64,000 nt of DNA from Acidobacteriota bacterium (GTDB lineage: Bacteria > Acidobacteriota > UBA890 > WLXD01): assembly GCA_965248695.1 (NCBI GenBank), contig CBDFKD010000002.1:1664001-1728000 (forward strand), written 5' to 3'. Below the pieces are notes generated by a model. It had not been told where the DNA came from. It worked only from the letters and a program-made list of their open reading frames with translations, and ran no database searches. This document shows, in pieces, positions 19,847 to 30,081 of the stretch. The translations under genes were made by a program, and so were the position numbers. Position 1 is the stretch's first letter. Each line of letters begins with the position of its first letter.

Positions 19847-20584
19847 CTATCGATTCGTTTCGATCGCTCGGCGTGCCGTCTGAAAAATATCGATCAGCAT
19901 CTCGAGCGTCAGCTTGCCGGTAAACGTATTCTGCTGGCTCGGGTGGTAGGAGGCGATCAGCTCCAGGTCGCGGCGCGGGAATCGTCCGGTCGCGTCTGCA
20001 GGCGCAACGACGACTCGCCGACCGTGGCCGAAGCGCGGCTTGGGTCGCGGCACGTCCGCTCCGCGATCACGAAACAGACGCATTGATTGATCGTAGGCAA
20101 ACTGCCCCAACGCCACCACGGCGCGAATCCCCGGGCCCCCGAAGTCCAGGAGGTCGAGCTCGCGCTCCAGAAACGGGCGACAGGCTTCGCGCTCCGCAGG
20201 CGTCGGTTTGTTTCCCGGCGGCGCGCAGCGGTTGGCAGCGGTAATGAAGCAGTCATGGAGCTCCAGCCCGTCGGACACGTCGACTGCCTCGGCCTGGCTG
20301 GCAAAGCCGGTCTCGTAGAGCGCGCGATAAAGCCAGTCGCCGGACCGGTCGCCAGTAAACATCCGGCCCGTTCGGTTCGATCCGTGCGCTCCAGGCGCAA
20401 GGCCAACCAGCACCAGACGCGCCCGGCGGTCGCCGAACCCGGGCACCGGACGGCCCCAGTACTCCTGGTCACGGTATGCGGCTCGCTTCTCGCGTGCCAT
20501 GCGCTCGCGGTGCTCGACGAGGCGCGGGCACAGGCGACACTCGACGATCTCACCGTCGAGTTGCGCCCAATCGGAGGCGCTCAC
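19847..20584 (-). CDS. Uracil-DNA glycosylase family 5 (UdgB-like, Fe-S)
   Basis: CRLCPRL, GLAPGAHGSNRTGRMFTGDRSG, HPSQQN; GTG start estimated. Confidence 0.92.
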   Translation of the reverse strand: MSASDWAQLDGEIVECRLCPRLVEHRERMAREKRAAYRDQEYWGRPVPGFGDRRARLVLVGLAPGAHGSNRTGRMFTGDRSGDWLYRALYETGFASQAEAVDVSDGLELHDCFITAANRCAPPGNKPTPAEREACRPFLERELDLLDFGGPGIRAVVALGQFAYDQSMRLFRDRGADVPRPKPRFGHGRRVVVAPADATGRFPRRDLELIASYHPSQQNTFTGKLTLEMLIDIFQTARRAIETNR

Positions 20585-20669
20585 CGCGAGCTCCGGCAAT
20601 GCGCCGCATAGCTGAGGCCGGCGGAGCAAAGTCCTATCACATGGGACCGGCTCTTGGTGGCAGGGCCCA

Positions 20670-21806
20670 TCAGCTGCACGCCGGGGCATGCCCGGCCGGG
20701 ATCGTCAGCCGGTCCAGCTCGCGCCGCGAGACGTAGGGCACGTAGCCGCGATCAGAGGCCAGCTCCCAGAACCGATCGATCTTGCTGCGCTGCGTCAGGT
20801 AGTCGATTGCCAGCACTGCCTTGCCTGCCGCCGCAAACACATCGAGCAGGTCGATGGTGAACTGCTGCGGATCGAGCCTGTTGTTCTCATCGCGATCGCC
20901 GAAGTAGAAGGTGTCCTCGGCGCCGATGCCGTCGATTGCCTTGAAGTACGCCCGCTGCCGGCGAGCGGATTCCTTGTCGGGATCGGCGGCGTCCGGGTAG
21001 GTTTCCGGGTGGATGATGCCGGCGCCGTTCTGCGGCACCACCAGGAACTCGCTCGCTCCACGCGTCTTGCGAGCGTACTTGGCCAACCGGCGGACGAGCT
21101 TGACCATGTCGGCAGGGGCCCGGCGACGCTCGTCGTTGCCACCGATCTCGGCGGGACCCCAGTACTCGTACGCATCGACGATGTCGAGATACACACCGTC
21201 GAAGCCAACGTCGATGATGCGGTCCAGGTAGCTCTTATCGCGCCCCGATGCGCTGCCGAACAGGATTCGCTGCCATTCCCGCAACCAGTAGCGCGCCTTG
21301 TAGTTGCCCTCCCACTCGGGGTTGGTCGGGCCGAGGAACGCCGGTGCGCCGGCTCCAGGGTCGCCGTCAGCATCGAGCCAAGCAGCATCGAAATAATAAC
21401 GATAGCTCTCGGCCTCGCCGATGCTCAGATAGGCAAGTACGACTCGCGGACCGCAGGGACCCGTACGTAGCGCTTCCACTTGAGCCGGGATCAGCTCGCC
21501 CGAAGCATCGCCGGTCGTGGAGTAGTCGATGACCAGGACCTGGAAGGCTGACGCGGCAAGCGCTGAGAGGTTGAATTCCTGCAGCTGGTACCCCCAGTTA
21601 TCAACTGTGAACGGCAATCGCTGGCGCGCGGCGGTCGGTGCCGGCCCCTGGTGGGCGCTCAGAAGCTGGACCGTCGTCGCGAGGACCGCAAGAACGATCA
21701 GCAGCCTGAACAGTAATGAGCGAGAGCGATCGACTCGTCGGCAGGCGGCTGACGCGCAGGGCCCGGATGAGACAGACCCCCTTCTGATCAGACCGTTGAG
21801 CGTCAT
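20670..21806 (-). CDS. GH114-like / TM1410-type endo-alpha-1,4-polygalactosaminidase-like hydrolase
   Basis: WGYQLQ, AYLSIGEAESYRYY, GFDGVYLDIVD, VPQNG; start uncertain (ATGA overlap at 21806). Confidence 0.82.
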   Translation of the reverse strand: MTLNGLIRRGSVSSGPCASAACRRVDRSRSLLFRLLIVLAVLATTVQLLSAHQGPAPTAARQRLPFTVDNWGYQLQEFNLSALAASAFQVLVIDYSTTGDASGELIPAQVEALRTGPCGPRVVLAYLSIGEAESYRYYFDAAWLDADGDPGAGAPAFLGPTNPEWEGNYKARYWLREWQRILFGSASGRDKSYLDRIIDVGFDGVYLDIVDAYEYWGPAEIGGNDERRRAPADMVKLVRRLAKYARKTRGASEFLVVPQNGAGIIHPETYPDAADPDKESARRQRAYFKAIDGIGAEDTFYFGDRDENNRLDPQQFTIDLLDVFAAAGKAVLAIDYLTQRSKIDRFWELASDRGYVPYVSRRELDRLTIPAGHAPACS

Positions 21807-22441
21807 CGGAGCTCCATCCCCCGAGCCCGTCGACGGCCCTGCCACAGGAACCAGCAGCCGACGGATCGGTACGGACGCCAGGGCTCGCCGATCCGCAGCA
21901 GCTCATCGCCCCGCGGCCGTTCTCGCAGGCGGTAAAGGACCTGGGCGCCGTCGAGCAGCCCGATGTCATCGACCGGCAGCATGTCCAAGCGAGCGAGCCG
22001 GAAGATCATGAACACCTCGGCCGTCCATCGGCCGATCCCCTTGACCTGCACCAGCGCCTCGATCACGGCGTCGTCCGACAGCCGCTCCAGCGCTCGAAGG
22101 CTGAGCTGGCGGCTCGTGATGCGGGCGGCGAGATCACGTAGATAGGCAACTTTGGGGCGTGACAGGCCCGCCGCCCGGAGGTCCGCCTCGGAGGTTGCCA
22201 GCAACCGTCGGGCGGATGGATCACGTCCGCCGTAGAGCGCCCGAAAGCGACGATGGATGCTGCGCGCTGCCTGCACGGAGATCTGCTGGCCGATGATGGT
22301 CTGCAAGAGCGCCGGCAGCGCCTGCCGGCGCCAGTAGCGATCCAGGCCGCACGGGCCGATCTCCTTGATGACCGATCGCATGACCGGGTCGACGCGACCC
22401 AGGTGACGTTCCGCGGTCCGGAGCAGGGCGAGCGTGACCAT
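21803..22441 (-). CDS. DNA-3-methyladenine glycosylase II (HhH-GPD, AlkA-like)
   Basis: IIGQQISVQAA, VKGIGRWTAE, LPVDDIG, WRPYRS. Confidence 0.92.
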   Translation of the reverse strand: MVTLALLRTAERHLGRVDPVMRSVIKEIGPCGLDRYWRRQALPALLQTIIGQQISVQAARSIHRRFRALYGGRDPSARRLLATSEADLRAAGLSRPKVAYLRDLAARITSRQLSLRALERLSDDAVIEALVQVKGIGRWTAEVFMIFRLARLDMLPVDDIGLLDGAQVLYRLRERPRGDELLRIGEPWRPYRSVGCWFLWQGRRRARGMELR

Positions 22442-22536
22442 CCCGGCAGGGTAGATGAGGCCGGGCTCCACCGCAGCCACTTGAGAGTGGCTCTCCGATG
22501 CTGCAACGTTGCCACGGTCACCACTGAACTGATCCG

Positions 22537-23703
22537 ATGGAGCCAATGAGCGACTTTCTAGGGTTCGACTTCGCTAGCATCGACTATCAGGCCTGGATCG
22601 ATTCAGCCATCCAGTTCTTGCTGCCTCGCCTGATCCAGAGCGGCCTGCAGCTGGTCGCGGCAGCAATCGTCTACTACCTGGCACGCTGGATCCTGACCCG
22701 GCTCGAGTCGCGCTTCGTGTCGCGCACCGAGACCAACCTCGACGACATCGTGGTGGAGCTCGTGCGGCGGCTGGTGCTGACGTCGGTCGGGTTCTGGGCA
22801 CTTTGGCGACTGGCGTTCATCTGGGGCCTCCCGACTATGGCGGCCGCAATCGGCGGCATCTGGATCGTCGGGCTCAGCTTGCCGGTAAGTCGCGCTGTCG
22901 GAGCACTGATCAAGGTCCTGGAGACCACCTTGGTGGCGAAGACCGATACCAAGCTCGACGACACCGCGCTGCCGTGGATCAACCGCATCATTACCGGGGT
23001 GATCGTCGGCACCGCCGCGCTGCTGGCGCTCTTCAACATGAACATCAACATCACGCCGTTGCTCGCCGGTGCAAGCGTTGCCGGGGTAGCGATCTCGTTC
23101 GCCGCCAAAGACACGCTGTCGAACCTCATTGCTGGCGTGCTGTTGATTCTCGACCGCCCCTTCGAAGTCGGCGACCGTATCGAGCTGTGGAGCGCCCCGG
23201 CGCGGCACTCGACCTGGGGCGACGTTACCGAGATCGGCATCCGCGCCACCAAGATACGCACCCCGGACAACATCCTGATCATCATCCCGAACAACCAGAT
23301 CATGCAGCGCGACATCATCAACTACACCGCTTCGGGTCCCACAATCCGGCTCCGCATTCCGATCGGCATCGGCTACGACGCCGATGTGGAACAGGCCAAG
23401 GGGATATGCCTTGAGGTTGCCGCGGCTTCGGACGACGTCGAGGACTCGCCGGCAGCGGTGTGCATTCTGCGTGCCTTCGGCGCGTCGTCGGTCGATCTCG
23501 AGCTACGCGTCTGGCTCAAGGACGGACGTCGTCGTCGAGCCGTCGAGGATTGGATCACCGAACAGGTGAAGCTCCGCTTTGACGCCGCCGGCATCGAGAT
23601 CCCCTACCCGAAGCGCGATCTTTACATCAAGCAGGCTCCGGGGGGCGGCGATGTCGCAGGTGTCCCTGCGGGAAGCATCGATGTGGGAGGGTCCGATGGC
23701 TGA
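22537..23703 (+). CDS. MscS-family mechanosensitive channel
   Basis: SFAAKDTLSNLIAG, RPFEVGDRI, GIRATKIRT, GIEIPYP. Confidence 0.92.
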   Translation: MEPMSDFLGFDFASIDYQAWIDSAIQFLLPRLIQSGLQLVAAAIVYYLARWILTRLESRFVSRTETNLDDIVVELVRRLVLTSVGFWALWRLAFIWGLPTMAAAIGGIWIVGLSLPVSRAVGALIKVLETTLVAKTDTKLDDTALPWINRIITGVIVGTAALLALFNMNINITPLLAGASVAGVAISFAAKDTLSNLIAGVLLILDRPFEVGDRIELWSAPARHSTWGDVTEIGIRATKIRTPDNILIIIPNNQIMQRDIINYTASGPTIRLRIPIGIGYDADVEQAKGICLEVAAASDDVEDSPAAVCILRAFGASSVDLELRVWLKDGRRRRAVEDWITEQVKLRFDAAGIEIPYPKRDLYIKQAPGGGDVAGVPAGSIDVGGSDG

Positions 23704-24073
23704 GGCAGAGACCGGCAGTGTGCGACCCAGCGCCGAGGTGGCGCTCAACGACGTACCAGCCGGGACCGCAACTCGAACCCAGGTGCTGATCGGGGCCGAG
23801 GACGGAGCTCCGAACTTTGCCATGCGACGCTTCGTGATGGGCCACGGTGGTGGCATGCCGCGGCACACCAACGCCGTGGAGCACGAGCAATACGTGCTCA
23901 AGGGTCGAGCCCGGGTGACCATCGGCAACGCGGTGCACGAGGTAAAGGCCGACGATGCCGTTTACATTCCCGCGGGCGTACCGCACTCCTACGAGGTGAT
24001 CGACGAGCCCTTCGAGTTCCTGTGCATGGTGCCGAATCTGCCCGACGCCATCGAGATCTTGCCGGAGGAATGA
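23696..24073 (+). CDS. Cupin domain protein
   Basis: NFAMRRF, MPRHTNAVEHEQYVLKG, YIPAGVPHSY. Confidence 0.88.
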   Translation: MAEAETGSVRPSAEVALNDVPAGTATRTQVLIGAEDGAPNFAMRRFVMGHGGGMPRHTNAVEHEQYVLKGRARVTIGNAVHEVKADDAVYIPAGVPHSYEVIDEPFEFLCMVPNLPDAIEILPEE

Positions 24074-24966
24074 GGCAGGGCCGCGCTAACCGGGACAACC
24101 AGATGGAACCCACATCCAGCTCACGATACGTCGCCGTCGCAGCGATCGCCGGGCTCGTGGCTGGCGTGCTGGCGACGATGGCGATCTCTGGCGGCGGGGA
24201 GCCGGCGGTCGACAATCGCGAGCCCTTCGGCGGGCTCGATCTTCGCAATCCGGAAGCCTGGCGTCTCGTCGATCTGACGCACGCGTTGAGCCCCGACAGC
24301 CTGTACTGGCCCAACGGCGAGCCCTTCGAACACGAGCGCCAGGGGTGGGAGTTCGACGCCGACGGCAACTGGTACGCGATGGCCCGATTCTCGACACCTG
24401 AACATCTCGGTACACATCTGGACGCTCCGATCCACTTCGCCGCCGGTGGCTGGACGAGCGCCGAGATCCCGGCCGAACGGTTTCTCGGTGCCGCGGTCGT
24501 GGTGGACATCAGTGAGCGCGCCGCCGCGGACCCCGACGCAACGCTCCAGCCGGGGGATCTGGAGGCCTGGGAGGCCCGCCATGGAGCAGTGCCTGAGGGC
24601 TCGATCTTGCTGGTAAGGACGCGCTGGTCGGAGCGCTGGCCCAACTGGAGCGATTACTACGGCAGCGACGATCCGTTCGATACGACATCGCTGCACTTCC
24701 CGGGCGTGTCGGCCGAAGCGGCCGCGGCGATCGTCGAGCGTGGCGTAATCGGCGTGGGGATAGACACCGCCAGCATCGATCCGGGCAACGATGTGGCGTT
24801 CAGGGCACACCGGGTGCTTGCCGCCGCCAACATCTTCAATCTGGAGAACCTCAGGGAGCTCGGCGAGCTACCCGAGAACGGCGCCACACTGCTGGCGCTG
24901 CCGATAAAGATCGCCGACGGGACGGGGGGACCGGCGCGGGTATTGGCGCTCGTGCCATCCAGTTGA
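24070..24966 (+). CDS. Cyclase / kynurenine-formamidase family protein with N-terminal anchor
   Basis: EHLGTHLDAPIHF, GIDTASID, LENL, GTGGPARV. Confidence 0.9.
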   Translation: MRQGRANRDNQMEPTSSSRYVAVAAIAGLVAGVLATMAISGGGEPAVDNREPFGGLDLRNPEAWRLVDLTHALSPDSLYWPNGEPFEHERQGWEFDADGNWYAMARFSTPEHLGTHLDAPIHFAAGGWTSAEIPAERFLGAAVVVDISERAAADPDATLQPGDLEAWEARHGAVPEGSILLVRTRWSERWPNWSDYYGSDDPFDTTSLHFPGVSAEAAAAIVERGVIGVGIDTASIDPGNDVAFRAHRVLAAANIFNLENLRELGELPENGATLLALPIKIADGTGGPARVLALVPSS

Positions 24967-25026
24967 TCGCAGCGCGTATCGGGCCTAGTGGCCTGCGCCC
25001 GCACACCTGATCCGCGGCGTCCGCTG

Positions 25027-26196
25027 TCAGTACTCCGCAAAGATCCGCCGCAACTCGTCCAGGTCGCCGGTGTGCATCAATGCCACCAGCAGGAGAACTC
25101 GCGCCTTCTGCGGCAGCAGGTCGTAGCCGGCGATCATGTCGCAACGACCGGAGCCGACTCGTCCCCCACCGGTGCGGCTCGTGCTGACGACGAAGATCCC
25201 GGTCGCGGCCACCTCGCAGGCCACGGTTCCCTGGCTGGGGGTGGTTGAGCCGGCGCCGGAGGCCGCGAGAACTAGGCCGCGGGCGCCGGCCGCCGCGAAG
25301 GCGCGAATGTCGGTACCGTCGGCGCCGTTGTAGGTGTAGGAGATGTCGACCCGTGCCAGATCCTCGGCGCTTTTGTCGGCAACGTCGAACTCACTCCGGA
25401 ACGTATGTCGCCGCTCGGCACGTCGGTGGAAGATCGGCCCACTCGATTCGACGCTACCGAGCGCACCCCAGTTGCGCGACTTGAAAGTCTGCACTCGGTT
25501 GGCGTGGGTCTTGGTGGCATCGCGAGCGGCGTTGATCTCTTGATTGAGCACGACGAGAGCCCCGCGCCCGCGAGAATCCGGATGCGCGGCTACCTGCACG
25601 GCGTTCAGCAGGTTGAGAGGGCCGTCGGCCGAGGTTGCGGTCGCCGGACGCATGGCACCGACGATGACCACCGGCTTGGGGCTCTTCACCGTCAGGTTGA
25701 GAAAATAGGCCGTCTCCTCGAGGGCGTCGGTGCCGTGGGTGACCACCAGGCCATCCACTTCCCGGTTGTCGGCGCCAGCCACCAGGATGGTGTTGATTCG
25801 CTGCGCCAGAGCCAGCCAATCGGCCGGTGCCAGAGAGGTGGAGCCCACGTTGCGGAACTGCTCGGAGCTGACATCGGCAACCGTATCCAGAGCCGGAACG
25901 GCAGCCAGCAGCTCCTCGATCGGAATCGCGCCCGATCGATAGCCGGAAACGCTCCCGGGCTCGCCACGACCGGCGATTGTCCCGCCAGTGGCCACGACGC
26001 GAACATGGGCACGGGCCGCGGTCTGGGCGACTGACGGACGCGCCGGCGGCTGCAACTGAGCGCCGCCGCGAGCGGGACCAGGCACCAGACCGATTGCCGC
26101 AATACCGGCCATGCCGAGGATACGCGCAACCCGGAAGCGCACACTGAAACGTGATCGAGCATCCGAAACGACCTCGGTGGACGCGTTTCTAGCCAA
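25027..26196 (-). CDS. Type II-like L-asparaginase (signal peptide)
   Basis: ATGGTIAG, THGTDALEETAYF, GAMRP, SADGPLNL, PQKARVLL. Confidence 0.93.
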   Translation of the reverse strand: MARNASTEVVSDARSRFSVRFRVARILGMAGIAAIGLVPGPARGGAQLQPPARPSVAQTAARAHVRVVATGGTIAGRGEPGSVSGYRSGAIPIEELLAAVPALDTVADVSSEQFRNVGSTSLAPADWLALAQRINTILVAGADNREVDGLVVTHGTDALEETAYFLNLTVKSPKPVVIVGAMRPATATSADGPLNLLNAVQVAAHPDSRGRGALVVLNQEINAARDATKTHANRVQTFKSRNWGALGSVESSGPIFHRRAERRHTFRSEFDVADKSAEDLARVDISYTYNGADGTDIRAFAAAGARGLVLAASGAGSTTPSQGTVACEVAATGIFVVSTSRTGGGRVGSGRCDMIAGYDLLPQKARVLLLVALMHTGDLDELRRIFAEY

Positions 26197-26845
26197 ACTG
26201 CTGCACTCCCTGATTTGATGCCATCAGCACTTTATCGGCTCCCCGGCGCGCGAAAATACCGCACGTCACGACTCCCGCGATGGTCTCGAGCTCGAGCTCG
26301 AGCGCCAGAGGATCGACGATATGCAGCCCCCGGACGTCGACGATCGGGTTGCCGTGATCGGTGACCGTGTCGGGCCGCTGCAGTGGATCGCCCCCGAGCT
26401 CGCGGACCCGGCGACAAACCGCCTCCACGGCCATCGGAAGTACCTCCAGAGGAACTGGGAACTCGCCGAGCATGTCGACGCGTTTGGACGCATCGACGAT
26501 ACAGACGAACGTATCGGCAACGGAGAGGACGATCTTCTCGCCGGTCAACGCCGCGCCGCCCCCCTTGATCAGAGATAGACCCGGATCGAACTCATCGGCA
26601 CCGTCGACGTAGACCGCCAGACGCTGCACCTGATTGAGATCGACGACCTTCACTCCCATGGCGCGCAACCGTTCGGCGCTGGCTTCGGAGGCGCAAACGG
26701 CGGCTGCAACCCGGTCAGCCATCGGCGCCAGCGCGGCGATGAACAGATCGACGGTCGAGCCGCTGCCAACGCCCAGCACCTCACCCGGCTGGACAAACTC
26801 CAGGGCGGCCTCGGCAACCTCTCGCTTCTGCGCTTCGATGCTCAT
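26189..26845 (-). CDS. rpiA: Ribose-5-phosphate isomerase A
   Basis: GVGSGST, DGADE, IKGGGAALTGEK. Confidence 0.95.
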   Translation of the reverse strand: MSIEAQKREVAEAALEFVQPGEVLGVGSGSTVDLFIAALAPMADRVAAAVCASEASAERLRAMGVKVVDLNQVQRLAVYVDGADEFDPGLSLIKGGGAALTGEKIVLSVADTFVCIVDASKRVDMLGEFPVPLEVLPMAVEAVCRRVRELGGDPLQRPDTVTDHGNPIVDVRGLHIVDPLALELELETIAGVVTCGIFARRGADKVLMASNQGVQQFG

Positions 26846-26897
26846 GCTTGCCGGATATCCCGCGTCGGGACTCGCGCCACGGTTTGAGGCGCCAAAC

Positions 26898-27806
26898 TCA
26901 GTTCACGAGCTGCTCGATTCGGCGAATTCGATCGTCGATCGGCGGGTGGGTCGAGAACAGCCCCTTCGCCCGTTTCTCCCAACGCTTGATCGGTTGCACA
27001 ATATACAGGTGCGCGGTGGCGCGATTGGCTACCTCGAGCACCTCGCGATCCCCTCCGAGCTGACGTAGCGCGGCGATCATGGCATCCGGGTTTCGGGTGA
27101 GCTCGACAGCGCCGGCATCGGCGAGGTACTCGCGCTCACGGGACGCCGCCAGCTGGATGAGCCTGGCAAGCATCGGCGCAGCCAGCGACAGCACGATCGC
27201 CACAACGAGCAACACCGCGCCGCCGCCGCCGTCGCGGGACCGTGACGCGTCTCGGAAACGCATGCTGCGCCAGGAGAAGTCGGTGATTAGAACGACCGCC
27301 CCGACCAGGGTCGCCAGGAGCGTCGCCAACCGGATGTCGAAGTGGCGCACATGGGAAATCTCGTGGGCGAGCACCGCCTGCAGCTGATCGCGCGACAGCC
27401 GCTGTCGCAATCCGGTGGTGATGGCGACCGCGGCGTGTTCCGGATCGCGTCCAGTGGCGAACGCATTCAGCGCCGAGTCATCGATCAGATACACCGCCGG
27501 CGCCGGCACACCAGCGGCAATGGCCAGCTCGTCGACGACGTTGTGCAGCTGCGGATCCTCGTCGCGCGTGGCTCTCCGGGCCCGGCTCATCCCGAGGATC
27601 GCCGCCCCACCACCGTAGTAGCTCCAGATCGCCACCAGCGCGCCGCCTAGGCTGGCAATCGTGGCGAGCATCAGCGACTCGCCCGGACCTACGCCAAGCA
27701 GCCCGGCGCCGAGGACGCCCACCAGCAGGCCGATGAAGAGGACGAATCCGACGATCAACACGGCGCTATTGCGACGGTTCCGGGCGATCAGATCATGGTA
27801 GGTCAC
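26898..27806 (-). CDS. htpX: HtpX-like M48 membrane zinc protease
   Basis: NAFATG, AHEISH, REREYLADAG, FSTHPP; follows lemA. Confidence 0.92.
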   Translation of the reverse strand: MTYHDLIARNRRNSAVLIVGFVLFIGLLVGVLGAGLLGVGPGESLMLATIASLGGALVAIWSYYGGGAAILGMSRARRATRDEDPQLHNVVDELAIAAGVPAPAVYLIDDSALNAFATGRDPEHAAVAITTGLRQRLSRDQLQAVLAHEISHVRHFDIRLATLLATLVGAVVLITDFSWRSMRFRDASRSRDGGGGAVLLVVAIVLSLAAPMLARLIQLAASREREYLADAGAVELTRNPDAMIAALRQLGGDREVLEVANRATAHLYIVQPIKRWEKRAKGLFSTHPPIDDRIRRIEQLVN

Positions 27807-27858
27807 CCGTGCCCGCCCCCTGCCTGGGCCATTGCCCGGCCCAGTGCTTCAGCTGCGC

Positions 27859-28416
27859 TCAGAACTTGACCTGAGGAGCCTCCCGCTGCTCCGCTTCCTC
27901 GAGCTCGAAGAACTCTCGTCGCTGGAACCCGAACATGTTGGCGAAGATGTTGTCCGGGAAGCTCTCGAGCCGCGTGTTGTACTGGCGCACGTTGTCGTTG
28001 TAGTGCTGGCGCGCAAAAGCGATCTTGTTCTCCGTCGACGACAGCTCTTCTTGCAGCTGGCCGAAGCTCTGGTTGGCCTTCAGATCGGGATAGGCCTCGG
28101 AAAGCGCGAACAGCTGCCGCAGCGCGCCGGTGATCATGTTCTCGGCTTGCGCCTGTTCTTCCACGGTGCCGGCATCGATCCCCGCTTGGCGAGCTCGAAC
28201 AACCGCCTCGAACGTCTCGCGCTCGTGGCTGGCGTAGCCCTTCACGGTCTCGATCAGGTTGGGAATCAGGTCATAGCGCCGCTTGAGTTGCACGTCGATC
28301 GACGCCCAGGCGTCCTGACACCGCACCTTGAGTCGTACCAATCGGTTGTAGATACCGACGAGCCAAGCACCGACCACCGCCAGCAGACCGAGAAGACCGA
28401 CAAAGCCGAACAACAT
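27859..28416 (-). CDS. lemA: LemA family protein
   Basis: YNRLV...IDVQLKRRYDLIPNL, EAYPDLKAN, ENKIAFARQHYND. Confidence 0.95.
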   Translation of the reverse strand: MLFGFVGLLGLLAVVGAWLVGIYNRLVRLKVRCQDAWASIDVQLKRRYDLIPNLIETVKGYASHERETFEAVVRARQAGIDAGTVEEQAQAENMITGALRQLFALSEAYPDLKANQSFGQLQEELSSTENKIAFARQHYNDNVRQYNTRLESFPDNIFANMFGFQRREFFELEEAEQREAPQVKF

Positions 28417-28420
28417 CACC

Positions 28421-29482
28421 TCACTCCTTGGCGGCGGCCACCGGTTCGGGGATCTCGGGCGCCTCGCCAACGTCGCTGCCGCCGATCTCCTTGGCCTCGA
28501 GGAAGGGGATCTCGCGGCGCAGGCGCGCACCGACTTCCTCGATCGGATGTTGATGCTCCTGGGCGCGACGAGCGCTGAAATCGGCGAGCCCGCTGCGGTT
28601 TTCCTCGACCCAGCCGGCAGCGTACTTGCCATCGCGCACGTCGGCCAAGATGCGCCGCATCTCGGCGCGCGTTTCGTCGGTTACCAAGCGCGATCCACCC
28701 TGGTAGCCGCCGTGCTCGGCGGTATCGGAAACGCTATGCCACATGTAGGTGAGTCCACCCTGGTACATCAGATCGACGATGAGCTTGAGCTCGTGCAGAC
28801 ATTCGAAGTAGGCGATCTCGGGCTGATAGCCCGCCTCGACGAGGGTTTCGAAACCAGTCCGTACAAGCGCCGACACTCCGCCGCACAGCACTGCCTGCTC
28901 ACCGAAAAGATCGGTCTCGGTCTCCTCCGCAAAGGTAGTCTCGACGACACCGGCGCGCGCACAGCCGATCGCCGCCGAGTAGGCGAGGGCGTTCTGCAAC
29001 GCGCGACCACTGGGATCGCGCTCGACCGCAACCAGCGCCGGAGTTCCGGCTCCCTCCTGAAAGAGCTCGCGTACCCGATGCCCGGGAGACTTGGGTGCCA
29101 CCATCGACACGTCGATCCCCTCGCCCGGGTCGATCAGCCCGTAACGGATGTTGAACCCGTGCGCGAACATGAGCGTGTCACCTGGCTTCATGAACGGCGC
29201 AATCTGGTTTTCGTAGATGTCCGCCTGACACGTATCAGGAGCCAACATCATCACGACATCAGCCTTCTCGGCCGCATCTTCGATACCGGTCACTGTCAGT
29301 CCTGCGGCAACCGCGTCATCGTGACTGGCGCTGCCAGGCCGCAGACCGACGATCACCCGCACGCCGGAGTCGTGAAGGTTGAGGGCGTGCGCATGCCCTT
29401 GGCTGCCGTAGCCGATGATCGCCACGGTGCGGTTGATGATGTCGGCTGTGTCGGCGTCCTTGTCGTAGTAGATCCGTGCCAT
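28421..29482 (-). CDS. ilvC: Ketol-acid reductoisomerase
   Basis: [43 protein letters not shown]. Confidence 0.97.
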   Translation of the reverse strand: MARIYYDKDADTADIINRTVAIIGYGSQGHAHALNLHDSGVRVIVGLRPGSASHDDAVAAGLTVTGIEDAAEKADVVMMLAPDTCQADIYENQIAPFMKPGDTLMFAHGFNIRYGLIDPGEGIDVSMVAPKSPGHRVRELFQEGAGTPALVAVERDPSGRALQNALAYSAAIGCARAGVVETTFAEETETDLFGEQAVLCGGVSALVRTGFETLVEAGYQPEIAYFECLHELKLIVDLMYQGGLTYMWHSVSDTAEHGGYQGGSRLVTDETRAEMRRILADVRDGKYAAGWVEENRSGLADFSARRAQEHQHPIEEVGARLRREIPFLEAKEIGGSDVGEAPEIPEPVAAAKE

Positions 29483-29526
29483 GACTGCTCCTCGCGCCCC
29501 TGCTTGTGCGGGCTTGGCGCCCGTGC

Positions 29527-30081
29527 TCATGCGGGCTTCGGCGCCCGTGATAATGCGGGCTTGGCGTGTATCCCTTCCTGGAATGTCCGCTCACCCGTGC
29601 CCATGGCGATGGCTCCATGTCGGGTGATCTCGAGAATCCCGAGCGGTTCGAGCTTCTCTGTCAGGTTGTCGATCTCGTCGGCTTCTCCGCTCACCTCTAC
29701 GATCACCGTATCCGACGATTCGTCGATGACGTGGGCCCAGAACTCGCGACAAATCTCACTGATACGCGGGCGATTGTCGTCCACACCGGTCAACTTGATC
29801 AGCGCCAGGCTACGGGCGACGTGCGGTCGACTACCTATGTTCTCCACATGTAGAACCGGGATCAACCGGGCCAACTGCTTGACCACGCGTCGGGCGTTCT
29901 CGGCGTCACCGTAGATCACCAACGTCAACTGAACATTGTCGGCAGCGGCAGTACGCGCCACGCTGATGCTCTCCAGCAGCACCTGGCGGCTACGTAGCAG
30001 ACCCGTAACGCGTCCCACAACGTCTTGCCCCGGACGCACCAGCAGAACGAGCGTCTGCCGATCCGACGAGAGGCCGGTCAC
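29527..30081 (-). CDS. ilvN: Acetolactate synthase small (regulatory) subunit, divergent ACT domain
   Basis: Between ilvB and ilvC; [28 protein letters not shown]. Confidence 0.85.
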   Translation of the reverse strand: MTGLSSDRQTLVLLVRPGQDVVGRVTGLLRSRQVLLESISVARTAAADNVQLTLVIYGDAENARRVVKQLARLIPVLHVENIGSRPHVARSLALIKLTGVDDNRPRISEICREFWAHVIDESSDTVIVEVSGEADEIDNLTEKLEPLGILEITRHGAIAMGTGERTFQEGIHAKPALSRAPKPA

